Below are positions 1 to 9,098 of a stretch of 56,541 nucleotides of DNA, piece by piece. This stretch comes from Candidatus Nomurabacteria bacterium (GTDB lineage: Bacteria; Patescibacteriota; Minisyncoccia; Phycocordibacterales; UBA9973), in assembly GCA_020845875.1 (NCBI GenBank), contig JADLEY010000011.1, positions 1 through 56,541 on the forward strand. Reading direction: 5' to 3'. Every line of letters begins with the position of its first letter. Within the stretch, counting starts at the first letter, position 1. A program made the translations under genes and the position numbers. The notes beneath the pieces were generated by a model, which worked only from the letters and a program-made list of their open reading frames with translations, was not told the DNA's origin and searched no databases.

Positions 1-263
1 GAGCGAGAAGATGTTTTTGTATCTGTTGTATACGAATCTAAGTTTAAATCTTTGAGAGTTGAAACTTTATCAATAATTTTCTTATCAATATCCATTCCAA
101 CCAAGATTCTAATTTGTTTATCTTTTAGCTCATTATGTAAATCTCGAAAACCAGAGAAGTAAAAATATCCAACCAAAGCATCTACCTTATCACAATTAGG
201 CAAAATGCTCTTTAAGTTTGACGAAAGCGTATTATCACCGGTGTTTGTTATTGATGACGACAT
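1..263 (-). CDS. PLD-like (phospholipase D/nuclease superfamily) domain protein, N-terminal fragment; the gene runs off the window start
   Basis: Manual minus-strand translation from ATG at 263 is open to position 1: MSSSITNTGDNTLSSNLKSILPNCDKVDALVGYFYFSGFRDLHNELKDKQIRILVGMDIDKK... The vGYFYfSGf...irILvG pattern resembles N-terminal PLD-like modules of helicase/restriction-type proteins. The start lies 1 nt after the XRE stop. Confidence 0.45.
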   Translation of the reverse strand, partial: MSSSITNTGDNTLSSNLKSILPNCDKVDALVGYFYFSGFRDLHNELKDKQIRILVGMDIDKKIIDKVSTLKDLNLDSYTTDTKTSSR

Positions 264-264
264 A

Positions 265-471
265 TTATTTTAAAAGTTCGTTAGTTGAAACACCTAACGC
301 CTTGGCTAAGCTAGTAATGGTTGAAAGAGTTGGATTATTTTTTCCATTCTCGATATTGCTCACAAAAGATCGATCAACGCTCAACATACGAGCGAGTTCT
401 ATTTGGCTAATATCTTTTTTGATCCTAAGTTTTTTGAGATTTTCTCCCAACTTTTTGGCATCATCTTTCAT
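265..471 (-). CDS. XRE (Cro/C1-type) helix-turn-helix transcriptional regulator
   Basis: 68 aa. LKKLRIKKDISQIELARMLSVDRSFVSNIENGKNNPTLSTITSLAKALGV is a canonical HTH_3 pattern. Confidence 0.85.
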   Translation of the reverse strand: MKDDAKKLGENLKKLRIKKDISQIELARMLSVDRSFVSNIENGKNNPTLSTITSLAKALGVSTNELLK

Positions 472-510
472 ACAAAGATTATAGCATAATTTGTTGTAAT
501 ATAAAACAAC

Positions 511-542
511 AAAAACACCTCTCGAACTTGAGAGGTGTTTTT
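511..542. terminator. Bidirectional intrinsic terminator hairpin
   Basis: AAAAACACCTCTC-gaactt-GAGAGGTGTTTTT, a 13-bp stem flanked by A/T runs, located downstream of tRNA-Gln on the minus strand. Confidence 0.7.
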
Positions 543-577
543 GTTTGTAAACTAGCTATCTTTGAGCTAGCTCAAGT

Positions 578-651
578 TGGCTGTCGGACTAGGGCTCGAA
601 CCTAGATACTCAGGACCAAAACCTGATGTCCTACCATTAGACGATCCGACA
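578..651 (-). tRNA. tRNA-Gln(TTG), CCA encoded
   Basis: Hand-folded cloverleaf: acceptor TGTCGGA/TCCGACA with U1:A72, anticodon loop TT-TTG-GT, T-loop TTCGAGC, discriminator G followed by CCA. Confidence 0.9.
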
Positions 652-676
652 ATGATTGTTTTTATATCACACTTCT

Positions 677-1741
677 CTATGCTTTTGAAGTCCCCTCAAC
701 ACCTAGTATTTCGATAAATGCCAGCTCGAGTGGGAGCGTCGGGATCGCTGCGTAAGAGATGCGTTCCATGGCAGTGATGAGCGCCACGATACCTCTGGAG
801 GAAATGACATCAGCGCTCTCGACCGCACCCTGTTTGATGATCTCAAAATATTCTGCCGAATAATCTCTCTCTATTTGTTCGCGCAGGCGCGGCGCATAGC
901 GATACATGAGAGAGCGACGCACCGTCTCAAGCAGAAGCTCACAGAGAAGACGAATATCGGTATGGTGTGCCTCTGCTGCTGTCAGCGTTCCATACGCAGC
1001 GTCGATATCTTTGGCAAGCAGTGCTGCGTACAAATCGCGCAGCGTTGAGAGCGACGGTGCACCAGTCACCTTCTCGATGAGATCTCTGGTGATAATGCGG
1101 TCTGACGCTGCAGAAATAACCTTTTGCAAAATACCAAACGTATCGCGAAATGATCCATCCCCCAAAAAGGCAATGAGCGCCGCGCTCTCCGCATCGAGCG
1201 AAAGCTTTTCCTTTTTTGCAACATCCTGGACAAGCCCAGCGAGCGTCGCCTCGCTGGGCTTGCGGAAGGAAAAGACCTGACAGCGCGAGAGGATAGTCTC
1301 AGGCACCTTGTCTAGTTCGGTGGTGGCGAGAACAAAAAGCACGTGCGCTGGCGGCTCTTCGAGCGTCTTGAGAAGTGCATTGAACGCATGTGTCGAGAGC
1401 ATGTGCACTTCGTCGATGATATAGACCTTGAATCGAGACGAAAACGGCAACACGCGTACTCCGCTACGCAACGCATCGATATCCTCGACACTGCGATTGC
1501 TTGCCGCATCAATCTCGATGATATCTTCAGGGGCAGTGCCGAGCGAGCGTGCAAAGATACGCGCTACCGACGTCTTGCCCGTCCCTCTGCCGCCGGTGAA
1601 GAGATAGGCGTGCGAAAAGGTCTCTCCCCTGATTGATTGCGTCAGCACAGAGACTATTGGCTCCTGTCCTACCACTTCTTCCCATGTTTCAGGGCGGTAT
1701 TTACGATAGAGTACCTGCGAGGCTGTCATACTAACGATCAT
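677..1741 (-). CDS. dnaX: DNA polymerase III subunit gamma/tau (short form)
   Basis: YRPETWEEVVGQ, Walker A GGRGTGKTS, Walker B IIDEVHMLS and SRC motif. ATGA overlap with dus. Confidence 0.85.
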   Translation of the reverse strand: MIVSMTASQVLYRKYRPETWEEVVGQEPIVSVLTQSIRGETFSHAYLFTGGRGTGKTSVARIFARSLGTAPEDIIEIDAASNRSVEDIDALRSGVRVLPFSSRFKVYIIDEVHMLSTHAFNALLKTLEEPPAHVLFVLATTELDKVPETILSRCQVFSFRKPSEATLAGLVQDVAKKEKLSLDAESAALIAFLGDGSFRDTFGILQKVISAASDRIITRDLIEKVTGAPSLSTLRDLYAALLAKDIDAAYGTLTAAEAHHTDIRLLCELLLETVRRSLMYRYAPRLREQIERDYSAEYFEIIKQGAVESADVISSRGIVALITAMERISYAAIPTLPLELAFIEILGVEGTSKA

Positions 1742-2805
1742 TGTAGCAGAAAATCAGAAACAGCAGTCTTGACTTCTATCGCACTCGCCGTCTCCATGAG
1801 GCGTATCCGAAGTTCTTTTGCGCCAGTAAATCCTGTGCAATATGCTTTAAAATGCTTCTTCATAATAGCAAAGGATTTGATGTCACCGAGCAGCTCCTCA
1901 AAAAGTGCTGCATGCTCCACGAGTACTTCGAGGCGGTCGCGTACCATGATCGGACGTACCGCTGATTGCGGAGCAGTGCGACGTGTATCAAAAAAGCGCT
2001 TGAGAAACGGGAGCCGCAAAAACGCTCCGCGTTTTTGCGGCAGCGCTGCTACTACCTCCCGCGACGCATCAAAAAACCACGGATTACCAAAGAGTGCCCT
2101 CCCTACCATCACTCCATCGCAGCCGCTCATGGCAGCCTTTACCCTTCCGTCAGCAAGGCTCGTCACATCGCCGTTGCCGATGATGATCGTTTGAGGTGCC
2201 AGTCGGTCGCGGAGCTTCACTACCTCTTTCACGTAGTGCCACTGCGCAGGCACCGCTGAGAGTTCTTTGCGGGTACGCGCATGGAGAGTGAGCGCAGCAA
2301 TACCTTCGGTGAGTAATAGCGGGATCCATGTATCGATCTGTGACTGATGGTATCCGACGCGCGTCTTTACTGATACAGGAATAGTTTTACCTGCAGCAGC
2401 AATACCGCGCTTTGCTGCTTTGATAATCTCAATTGCGATCTCAGGAGTCTTGATCATCGCCGCTCCTGCTCCCTGCTTCTCAATACTCTTATCAGGACAG
2501 CCCATGTTGATATCGATACCGTCAAAGCCGAGCTCTGCACATAGCTTCGCCGCCGCTTCCATCTTTTGCGGATTACTCGAAAAGAGCTGCGCCACTATCG
2601 GACGCTCACTTTTGACAAAAGCCAAGTCGCGCATGAGTGCATCTCTGCCGCCGCTGATGAGCCCGTCAGCAGAGACAAATTCCGTCCACATGACATCCGG
2701 CTTGCCGTACTTCACAAGCATCCGACGAAACGCTGCGTCAGTCACATCTGCCATGGGTGCAGCGCAGAAAAAGGGAGTATTACGTTTTCGCAGTTCTGCC
2801 CACAT
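1738..2805 (-). CDS. dus: tRNA-dihydrouridine synthase
   Basis: APMADVTDAAFRRM, DINMGCP and TLHARTR motifs of the Dus family. Confidence 0.9.
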   Translation of the reverse strand: MWAELRKRNTPFFCAAPMADVTDAAFRRMLVKYGKPDVMWTEFVSADGLISGGRDALMRDLAFVKSERPIVAQLFSSNPQKMEAAAKLCAELGFDGIDINMGCPDKSIEKQGAGAAMIKTPEIAIEIIKAAKRGIAAAGKTIPVSVKTRVGYHQSQIDTWIPLLLTEGIAALTLHARTRKELSAVPAQWHYVKEVVKLRDRLAPQTIIIGNGDVTSLADGRVKAAMSGCDGVMVGRALFGNPWFFDASREVVAALPQKRGAFLRLPFLKRFFDTRRTAPQSAVRPIMVRDRLEVLVEHAALFEELLGDIKSFAIMKKHFKAYCTGFTGAKELRIRLMETASAIEVKTAVSDFLLQ

Positions 2806-2807
2806 AC

Positions 2808-3650
2808 CTATTTGAATTTATAAATAATCTTGTTCGGAAACCGGGCATCAAGATACTCAAGGAATTTGCTGTTCGTCTTCATATCAGACTGCAGCGGCTC
2901 AGCGTCAAGCGCTGAAGCTAACCCTCGCATCACCTGCTCAGGGTCGAGTGTCTGATCAACAATCAGTTGTGCAATGCTGCCGTGATGGAAAAAGGAGATA
3001 TCGACTCGATGATCAGAAACAAAATGATACTCTACAGGAACAATACCAAGTGGTGGCAACCCTGTACGAAATTTTTCAAAAAGTGTCAGTATTTCTGTTG
3101 GTACTGGAGAAAAAGGAAGCGTCCCCGCATCTTCTCCCCAAAAAATACGCTCATATGCATCCCCAGAGAAAAACGGTGCTCGCGCAAAAACAATTCCCTC
3201 TTTCGTCATAAAAAAGCAACTCTCGTCAGAAACACACCAAAGGTACGCTTCTGTTCGTTCCAAGAGGTGCACCGACAATCCATCGACCCCTTCGTGTGTC
3301 ACCTGTACATTTGCTGCACGAGGAAAAGCCACTGTAATGGCTCGCTCCAGTTTTCCCGTTGAGACAACAAAAATACTCGAACGCGGGAAAAAATGCAGGA
3401 AGGTTCCGTCGATACTCTCACGAACAAACGTCGCTATGTCCTCTTGATCGATTGTCTCGGTACCGATAACATCGATCGTCTTCACCTGCAACGCTGGGTG
3501 TCGCACTGCAATCACTGCCCCTGCGACCAATAGGGCAATGGCCGTCCCCCATAAAAATTTTTTGAGTGGAAATGGATGCTTTGGTACTTTTTCCTTCGGA
3601 AGCCCTTTTTGAGTGGAGAGTACCTTTGCTGCGTACTTTCGTTCGTACAT
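2808..3650 (-). CDS. ftsQ: FtsQ/DivIB-type cell division protein (single TM plus POTRA)
   Basis: N-terminal TM helix (WGTAIALLVAGAVIAV) followed by a POTRA-like VKTIDVIGTETIDQEDI segment. Confidence 0.55.
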   Translation of the reverse strand: MYERKYAAKVLSTQKGLPKEKVPKHPFPLKKFLWGTAIALLVAGAVIAVRHPALQVKTIDVIGTETIDQEDIATFVRESIDGTFLHFFPRSSIFVVSTGKLERAITVAFPRAANVQVTHEGVDGLSVHLLERTEAYLWCVSDESCFFMTKEGIVFARAPFFSGDAYERIFWGEDAGTLPFSPVPTEILTLFEKFRTGLPPLGIVPVEYHFVSDHRVDISFFHHGSIAQLIVDQTLDPEQVMRGLASALDAEPLQSDMKTNSKFLEYLDARFPNKIIYKFK

Positions 3651-3667
3651 ATATATTTATTGCCTCT

Positions 3668-4936
3668 TTATATTCTACGGATGGTATTCTTTCCTCCCAT
3701 ATACGGACGAAGCACCTCAGGAATTACGATCGACCCATCTGCCTGCTGAAAATTTTCTATGATCGCAGGGATGATACGGCTAGGAGTCGCGACTAAAGTG
3801 TTGTTGAGTGAATGTGTGTAATGCAATTTCCCTTCCTCGTCTTTGTAGCGGATGTTGAGCCGGCGCGATTGGAAATCATGGAAGTAGCTGGCAGAGTGCG
3901 TCTCACGAAACTTTTCCTGGCTCGGCATCCACACTTCGATGTCATACTTCTTTACCTGACCAAGCCCTAGATCGCCTCCGCAATTAACGACGACATGATA
4001 GTGAAGCCCAAGCCCCTGGAGGAGCTCTTCGACGTTTTTTGTAAGCTCTTCATGGAAGGCGACACTCATCTCATGACTTGCCTCGCACAAGACCACCTGC
4101 TCGAACTTAAAAAATTCATGCACGCGCACCAGTCCTTTGACATCCTTGCCATGGCTCCCTGCTTCACGGCGGAAACATGGTGAAAACGCGACAAACTTCT
4201 TGGGGAGATCTGCTTTTGCTAATACTTCATCGCTGTAATACGCCATGGTCCCCACTTCGCCAGTACCAGAGAGGTACATGTCATCCTGCGTCTTATAGAG
4301 ATCTTCTTCACCCTGTGGAAGATATCCTGTACCGTAGAGCGTCTGCTTGTTCACTAATGACGGCACGACGAGCGGCTGAAATCCTTTTGTCAGAAGTCCA
4401 TTCAAAAAGTATTGCCACAACGCAAACTGCAGCAGTACTGCATCTCCTTTGAGAAAGTACCCACGAAAACCAGCGACCTTGGTCCCCCGTTCAAAGTCGA
4501 CAAGATCGAGCGCCTCCATCAGTTCCACATGATCTTTCGCTGAGGCAATTACCGGCCGATCTCCCCAGACGCGTACTTCAACATTCTCGCTGTCATCTTT
4601 CCCTTCAGGTACCGTCATATCAGGAATATTGGGCACGGTAAGCATGAGTGCCTGCCACTCCTTGAGAAGCATCTTGTATGCCTCCTCAGCGGTGGCTACT
4701 TTTTCTTTGAGTGGTTTGAGATTTTCGATAAGTGCTGCACGCGCCTCAGGCGCCGCCTTGGGGATGTCGTCAGAGAGCTTATTTTGCTCAGCACGAAGCG
4801 CTTCAAATTCAGAAAGTGCTGCCTTGCGCTTTTCTTCGAGGGCGAGCAGTCCGTCAATATCTACATCAATATGCTTCTTGCGGGCGCCTTCTTTGACGAG
4901 CTCGGCATTCTCTTTGATGAATTTGATATCTAGCAT
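3668..4936 (-). CDS. serS: Serine--tRNA ligase
   Basis: 422 aa. N-terminal coiled-coil arm, class II motifs (FRREAGSHGKD, TLNNTLVATPSR). Confidence 0.95.
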   Translation of the reverse strand: MLDIKFIKENAELVKEGARKKHIDVDIDGLLALEEKRKAALSEFEALRAEQNKLSDDIPKAAPEARAALIENLKPLKEKVATAEEAYKMLLKEWQALMLTVPNIPDMTVPEGKDDSENVEVRVWGDRPVIASAKDHVELMEALDLVDFERGTKVAGFRGYFLKGDAVLLQFALWQYFLNGLLTKGFQPLVVPSLVNKQTLYGTGYLPQGEEDLYKTQDDMYLSGTGEVGTMAYYSDEVLAKADLPKKFVAFSPCFRREAGSHGKDVKGLVRVHEFFKFEQVVLCEASHEMSVAFHEELTKNVEELLQGLGLHYHVVVNCGGDLGLGQVKKYDIEVWMPSQEKFRETHSASYFHDFQSRRLNIRYKDEEGKLHYTHSLNNTLVATPSRIIPAIIENFQQADGSIVIPEVLRPYMGGKNTIRRI

Positions 4937-4945
4937 AGCTCTACC

Positions 4946-4968
4946 ACTATATCATGAGGTGATACACT
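4946..4968. promoter_or_regulatory. Back-to-back extended -10 boxes for divergent serS and dprA
   Basis: Minus strand TGATATAGT (4954->4946), 9 nt from the serS ATG. Plus strand TGATACACT (4960-4968), 6 nt from the dprA ATG. No SD on either side. Confidence 0.55.
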
Positions 4969-4974
4969 GTCGCT

Positions 4975-5844
4975 ATGGATGCCTTCCCTATCATCGAAGT
5001 CCCTCCCGACGCTCTTTTCCCTTCGCTAAAGGAAATCCCGCAAAACCCAAAAACACTTTTTGTCCGCGGCAATACCACTATACCTGAAGGTCAATCCCTT
5101 GTAGTGATCGTCGGTAGCCGTAATTGCACCAGCTATGGCAAGTCTGTCTGCCGTTCTCTGATTGCAGGATTGAAAGGGTACCCTATTGCGATAGTATCTG
5201 GACTCGCGCTCGGTATCGACTCTGTCGCACACGAGGCAGCACTTGATGCAGGGATACCTACTATCGCTTTTCCAGGGTCAGGACTTGGTACAAAAGCGCT
5301 CTACCCGGCACAGCACCGACAGCTCGCGCAGCGCATTCTTGAAAACGGAGGACTCCTCGTCTCAGAGTATCCGTCCGATACGCGTGCTGCGCAGTGGACA
5401 TTTCCACAGCGCAATCGCCTCATGGCAGGCGTCGGCACATTTGTACTCGTTGTCGAGGCAGAAATGAAATCTGGGACCCTCATCACTGCACGCCTGGGTA
5501 CCGAATACAATAAAATAGTGGGTGCTATTCCGGGACCCATTACTTCTCCCTCTTCCGAAGGAACTAACTGGCTACTGAAGCTCGGTGCAGTACCTGTCAC
5601 TGGCGTCGAAGATATCTTACGCGAACTTAATCTCCTCACAGAAGAAATTTCTTCAAAACACAACGAAACTATCGCCAGCACCGAAGAGCTTCACCTCCTC
5701 GCACTTCTCACTGAGCCACGCACGAGAGACCAGCTTATTGCCTTGCTGGATGCCGACCCTTCGGAAGTGACCATTCTTCTCTCAACACTTGAAATCAAAG
5801 GATTGATACGAGAAAGTTTCGGCACTATTGAACGGACGCATTAA
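4975..5844 (+). CDS. dprA: DNA-processing protein DprA (Smf)
   Basis: GSRNCTSYG and SGLALGIDSVAHEAAL Rossmann-like DprA core, plus a C-terminal winged-helix-like tail. Confidence 0.9.
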   Translation: MDAFPIIEVPPDALFPSLKEIPQNPKTLFVRGNTTIPEGQSLVVIVGSRNCTSYGKSVCRSLIAGLKGYPIAIVSGLALGIDSVAHEAALDAGIPTIAFPGSGLGTKALYPAQHRQLAQRILENGGLLVSEYPSDTRAAQWTFPQRNRLMAGVGTFVLVVEAEMKSGTLITARLGTEYNKIVGAIPGPITSPSSEGTNWLLKLGAVPVTGVEDILRELNLLTEEISSKHNETIASTEELHLLALLTEPRTRDQLIALLDADPSEVTILLSTLEIKGLIRESFGTIERTH

Positions 5845-5873
5845 GAGTGGTAGAATGGAGAAAACCTTGTAGT

Positions 5874-6314
5874 ATGACAATAAAAACCCATGACGAACGA
5901 ACCCGTGTCGTCAAAGAACTCACGTGGCCGTGCTCCATTCCTCTTTCTTTTTTTCATTTTCGTAAATCGCTGTTGAAAGAATTGTGCCGCAATAACCTCA
6001 ACACCGTCGAAGACCTGCTCTCACTCCCTTTTTCCCGAGTCAATTCCCTTACCGATGGATACTCGGGCAAAGACATTGTGTTGAGCTTCTATCGGCAGCT
6101 CAACAATCGCTTCGCCGAGCGTGACCACGCCAGCAAGCTCAAAGTATTACGCAATCGCAACTGCCGATACAACAAAGAAGAGAAAGCGGCATTTGTCATT
6201 TTTGAGATACTGCGCCCGTACCTCAAAAAGCATCGTGTACACGATGCACTTCAGTCCCTCCCCAAAACAATAGTGCAGAACGAATTAAAACTGCGAGTAT
6301 TGCTCGCAGCATAA
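5874..6314 (+). CDS. Hypothetical protein
   Basis: ORF in the track starts at GTG 5847. The first ATG is at 5874, preceded by TGGTAGAAT (5848-5856). No recognisable family. Confidence 0.4.
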   Translation: MTIKTHDERTRVVKELTWPCSIPLSFFHFRKSLLKELCRNNLNTVEDLLSLPFSRVNSLTDGYSGKDIVLSFYRQLNNRFAERDHASKLKVLRNRNCRYNKEEKAAFVIFEILRPYLKKHRVHDALQSLPKTIVQNELKLRVLLAA

Positions 6315-6395
6315 GAAAACCACTGTCGCCAAACACACCCTGTTTGGCGACATTTATTTGCCAAAAGAATACTCCCGTGGTACTACTGTCAAACA

Positions 6396-8597
6396 ATGAC
6401 CAAGTTGCTCATCGTCGAGTCGCCCTCAAAAGCGAAAACAATTGAAAAATATCTAGACGGCGCATACACCGTGCGTGCTTCTGTCGGCCATGTGCGCGAC
6501 CTTCCGAAATCAAACAAAAAAGCTATCGACATCGAGGGGGGTTTCATTCCGCATTACGAAATTTCAAAAGGAAAAGAAAAGGTTGTTTCTGAGCTCCGCT
6601 TCCTCGCCGAAAAGGCAAGCGAAATCGTTCTCGCGCCCGACCCTGACCGCGAAGGAGAAGCAATCGCATGGCATATTGAGACACTCCTCAAAGAAGACAA
6701 AAAAGTGAATGCCCCCATTACACGCGTCACCTTCCACGAAATCACCAAAGACGCAGTAACCGAAGCGCTCAAGGAGCCACGCGCGATCGATACCAACCTG
6801 CGCCGTGCACAAGAAGCACGCCGCGTGCTCGACCGTCTTGTCGGCTACGATCTCTCTGGCATCATCTGGAAAAAAGTACGTTACGGACTCTCCGCTGGTC
6901 GCGTACAATCTCCCGCACTTCGCATTCTCGTCGAACGTGAACGCGAGATTCGCGCGTTTATCCCCGAGACCTATTGGGCACTCAGTGCTGATTTCAAAAC
7001 CAAGGCTGGCGCATCCATCACCCTCTCGTGCGTTGAAGAACCGCGTGATAGAAAAGAAGTGGATCGCATTATCGCAACTGCCAATAAAGAAGACTGGTTC
7101 ATAAAAGACATCAAAGCATCCGAACAAAAGCGAAGTCCGCGCGCACCATTTACCACCTCTACATTACAACAAGCAGCGAGTTCTCGTCTTGGATTTTCTC
7201 CCTCCCGTACTATGATGGCAGCGCAAAAGCTCTATGAAGCAGGACACATCTCCTACATGCGTACCGACTCAACTACTCTATCGAAACAGGCAGTTGCAAG
7301 TATCGCCTCTGTCATCGAAAAGAAATACGGAAAAGACTACCTCGAAGTACGTCTCTACAAAACCAAATCCAAGAACGCACAAGAAGCACATGAAGCTATC
7401 CGTCCCACACATATCGAAAAAGTGAATGCTGGCACGACCGAGGAACAGAAACGACTGTATACACTCATTTGGGAACGCACCGTTTCCTCGCAAATGGCTG
7501 ACGCCAAACTTCTCAAGACGCGTGTAGTAGGAAATGTCAAAAGCGACTCTCTACCAGATTTCACAATGACCGGAAGTCAGGTACTTTTCCCCGGCTGGCT
7601 CGTCGCAGATCCGAGTGCGCGCAGTGAAGACGTCGAACTGCCATCCATTGCTGTCAACGAACCCCTTACTCTCCTGCAATTCACCGACCTCGAAAAACAG
7701 ACCGAGCCACCCAATCGCTATAGCGAAGCGGGACTTGTCAAAGAGCTCGAAGCGCGCGGCATCGGACGTCCGAGTACTTATGCATCCATCATGAAGACTA
7801 TTGAGGAACGCGGCTATGTAGAAAAAGTTGGTCGATCACTCAAGCCCACCGACACCGGCGAAGTGGTCTCAACCTTCCTTGAACAAAACTTCATGCAGTA
7901 CATTTCAGATACTTTTACTGCAGAAATGGAAAATGAGCTCGATGACATAGCCGCAGGCGACCGCGATTACGAAAAGACGCTTCGTGAATTTTATACGCCG
8001 TTTCAAAAAGAAGTAAAAGAAAAAGACAAGCTCGACAAGGCGACAACACTCGAAGCAGCTGATCCAAAATTCAAATGTCCCAAGTGCGGCAGTTCAATGG
8101 TAGTGAAGCTCGGTCGCGGCGGCAAATTCCTCTCCTGCTCTCGCTATCCCGACTGCGATGGAGCACTGATGATTGATGGCACCGAAATCAAAGCCGATGA
8201 GCCGATCGGTGTTGATCCCGAAACACAACTTCCTATTTATACAAAGGTCGGGCGATTTGGCCCCTACGTGCAGCTCGGCGAGATGCCGCCAAAAGTAAAA
8301 GGAAAGAAGCAGGAAAAACCAAAGATGGCATCTATCCCCAAGGAAATAGATCCTTCGACCGTCACTGTCGAGATGGCGCTCCACTACCTCGCACTCCCAC
8401 GTACACTAGGTGTTCACCCTGATGACAGCAAGGATGTCATCGCCACTATCGGACGCTTCGGTCCGTATGTCGGGCACGACGGCAACTTCCGTTCTATCAA
8501 AAAGCCGCTTGATCCCTACACTATCACGCTCGACCAGGCACTTGAACTCCTCGCACAACCAAAAAAAGCGCGCGGGTTCCAGCGAAAAAAGAAATAA
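6396..8597 (+). CDS. topA: DNA topoisomerase I
   Basis: TOPRIM N-terminus (LLIVESPSKAKTIEKYL), active-site region HISYMRTDS and C-terminal zinc ribbon CPKCGS...CSRYPDC. Confidence 0.95.
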   Translation: MTKLLIVESPSKAKTIEKYLDGAYTVRASVGHVRDLPKSNKKAIDIEGGFIPHYEISKGKEKVVSELRFLAEKASEIVLAPDPDREGEAIAWHIETLLKEDKKVNAPITRVTFHEITKDAVTEALKEPRAIDTNLRRAQEARRVLDRLVGYDLSGIIWKKVRYGLSAGRVQSPALRILVEREREIRAFIPETYWALSADFKTKAGASITLSCVEEPRDRKEVDRIIATANKEDWFIKDIKASEQKRSPRAPFTTSTLQQAASSRLGFSPSRTMMAAQKLYEAGHISYMRTDSTTLSKQAVASIASVIEKKYGKDYLEVRLYKTKSKNAQEAHEAIRPTHIEKVNAGTTEEQKRLYTLIWERTVSSQMADAKLLKTRVVGNVKSDSLPDFTMTGSQVLFPGWLVADPSARSEDVELPSIAVNEPLTLLQFTDLEKQTEPPNRYSEAGLVKELEARGIGRPSTYASIMKTIEERGYVEKVGRSLKPTDTGEVVSTFLEQNFMQYISDTFTAEMENELDDIAAGDRDYEKTLREFYTPFQKEVKEKDKLDKATTLEAADPKFKCPKCGSSMVVKLGRGGKFLSCSRYPDCDGALMIDGTEIKADEPIGVDPETQLPIYTKVGRFGPYVQLGEMPPKVKGKKQEKPKMASIPKEIDPSTVTVEMALHYLALPRTLGVHPDDSKDVIATIGRFGPYVGHDGNFRSIKKPLDPYTITLDQALELLAQPKKARGFQRKKK

Positions 8598-8601
8598 ACA
8601 A

Positions 8602-8623
8602 TGCCCCAGATTATTCTGGGGCA
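8602..8623. terminator. Hairpin between convergent topA and the 8641 gene
   Basis: TGCCCCAGA-ttat-TCTGGGGCA. A T-rich tract follows on the minus strand. Confidence 0.5.
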
Positions 8624-8640
8624 GTTGAGCCTGGAAAAAA

Positions 8641-8997
8641 TTAGTCGTATACGGGCACCATCGTTGACGTCTGCACCTGATATGCGTTGCCATAACAGTC
8701 ATACTGAGTAACAAAACCTGTCACCATTCGATACCGAAGCTGCGGCCGGTAACACACTACATTGTTGTTGTAGTAGTTGTTCCCTATTCCAGAAAGAGTA
8801 CCCACTACCACTCCCAACGCAAGTGCACCAACGCCTGATCTGCTGTTAATATATGACATGTTGTTAGTATACCTGTCACCATACGACCAGTAGTTATTTG
8901 AACGACACTGAGTTCGTCCAAAACGTCCGTAACGCTGTGCTTCGCCTATAGCATGTACCCCGAGAAGGAGTACAAGTACCAGAAAAAACTTTTTCAT
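8641..8997 (-). CDS. Small secreted Tyr/Asn/Gly-rich hypothetical protein
   Basis: Signal peptide MKKFFLVLVLLLGVHAIGEA, low-complexity Y/N/G-rich mature part. Confidence 0.5.
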   Translation of the reverse strand: MKKFFLVLVLLLGVHAIGEAQRYGRFGRTQCRSNNYWSYGDRYTNNMSYINSRSGVGALALGVVVGTLSGIGNNYYNNNVVCYRPQLRYRMVTGFVTQYDCYGNAYQVQTSTMVPVYD

Positions 8998-9061
8998 AAA
9001 AAAGTATTTTGGTGAAAAAATAAAAAACGTTTCTCTTTCTTTTTAGCAGTAACGTGATATT

Positions 9062-9090
9062 TTGTCAATACTCCTCAGAACCTGTATAGT
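9062..9090 (+). promoter_or_regulatory. Sigma70-type promoter of rel (leaderless configuration)
   Basis: -35 TTGTCA (9062-9067), 17-nt spacer, -10 TATAGT (9085-9090). ATG lies 8 nt downstream. Confidence 0.6.
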
Positions 9091-9098
9091 AGAAAGAC

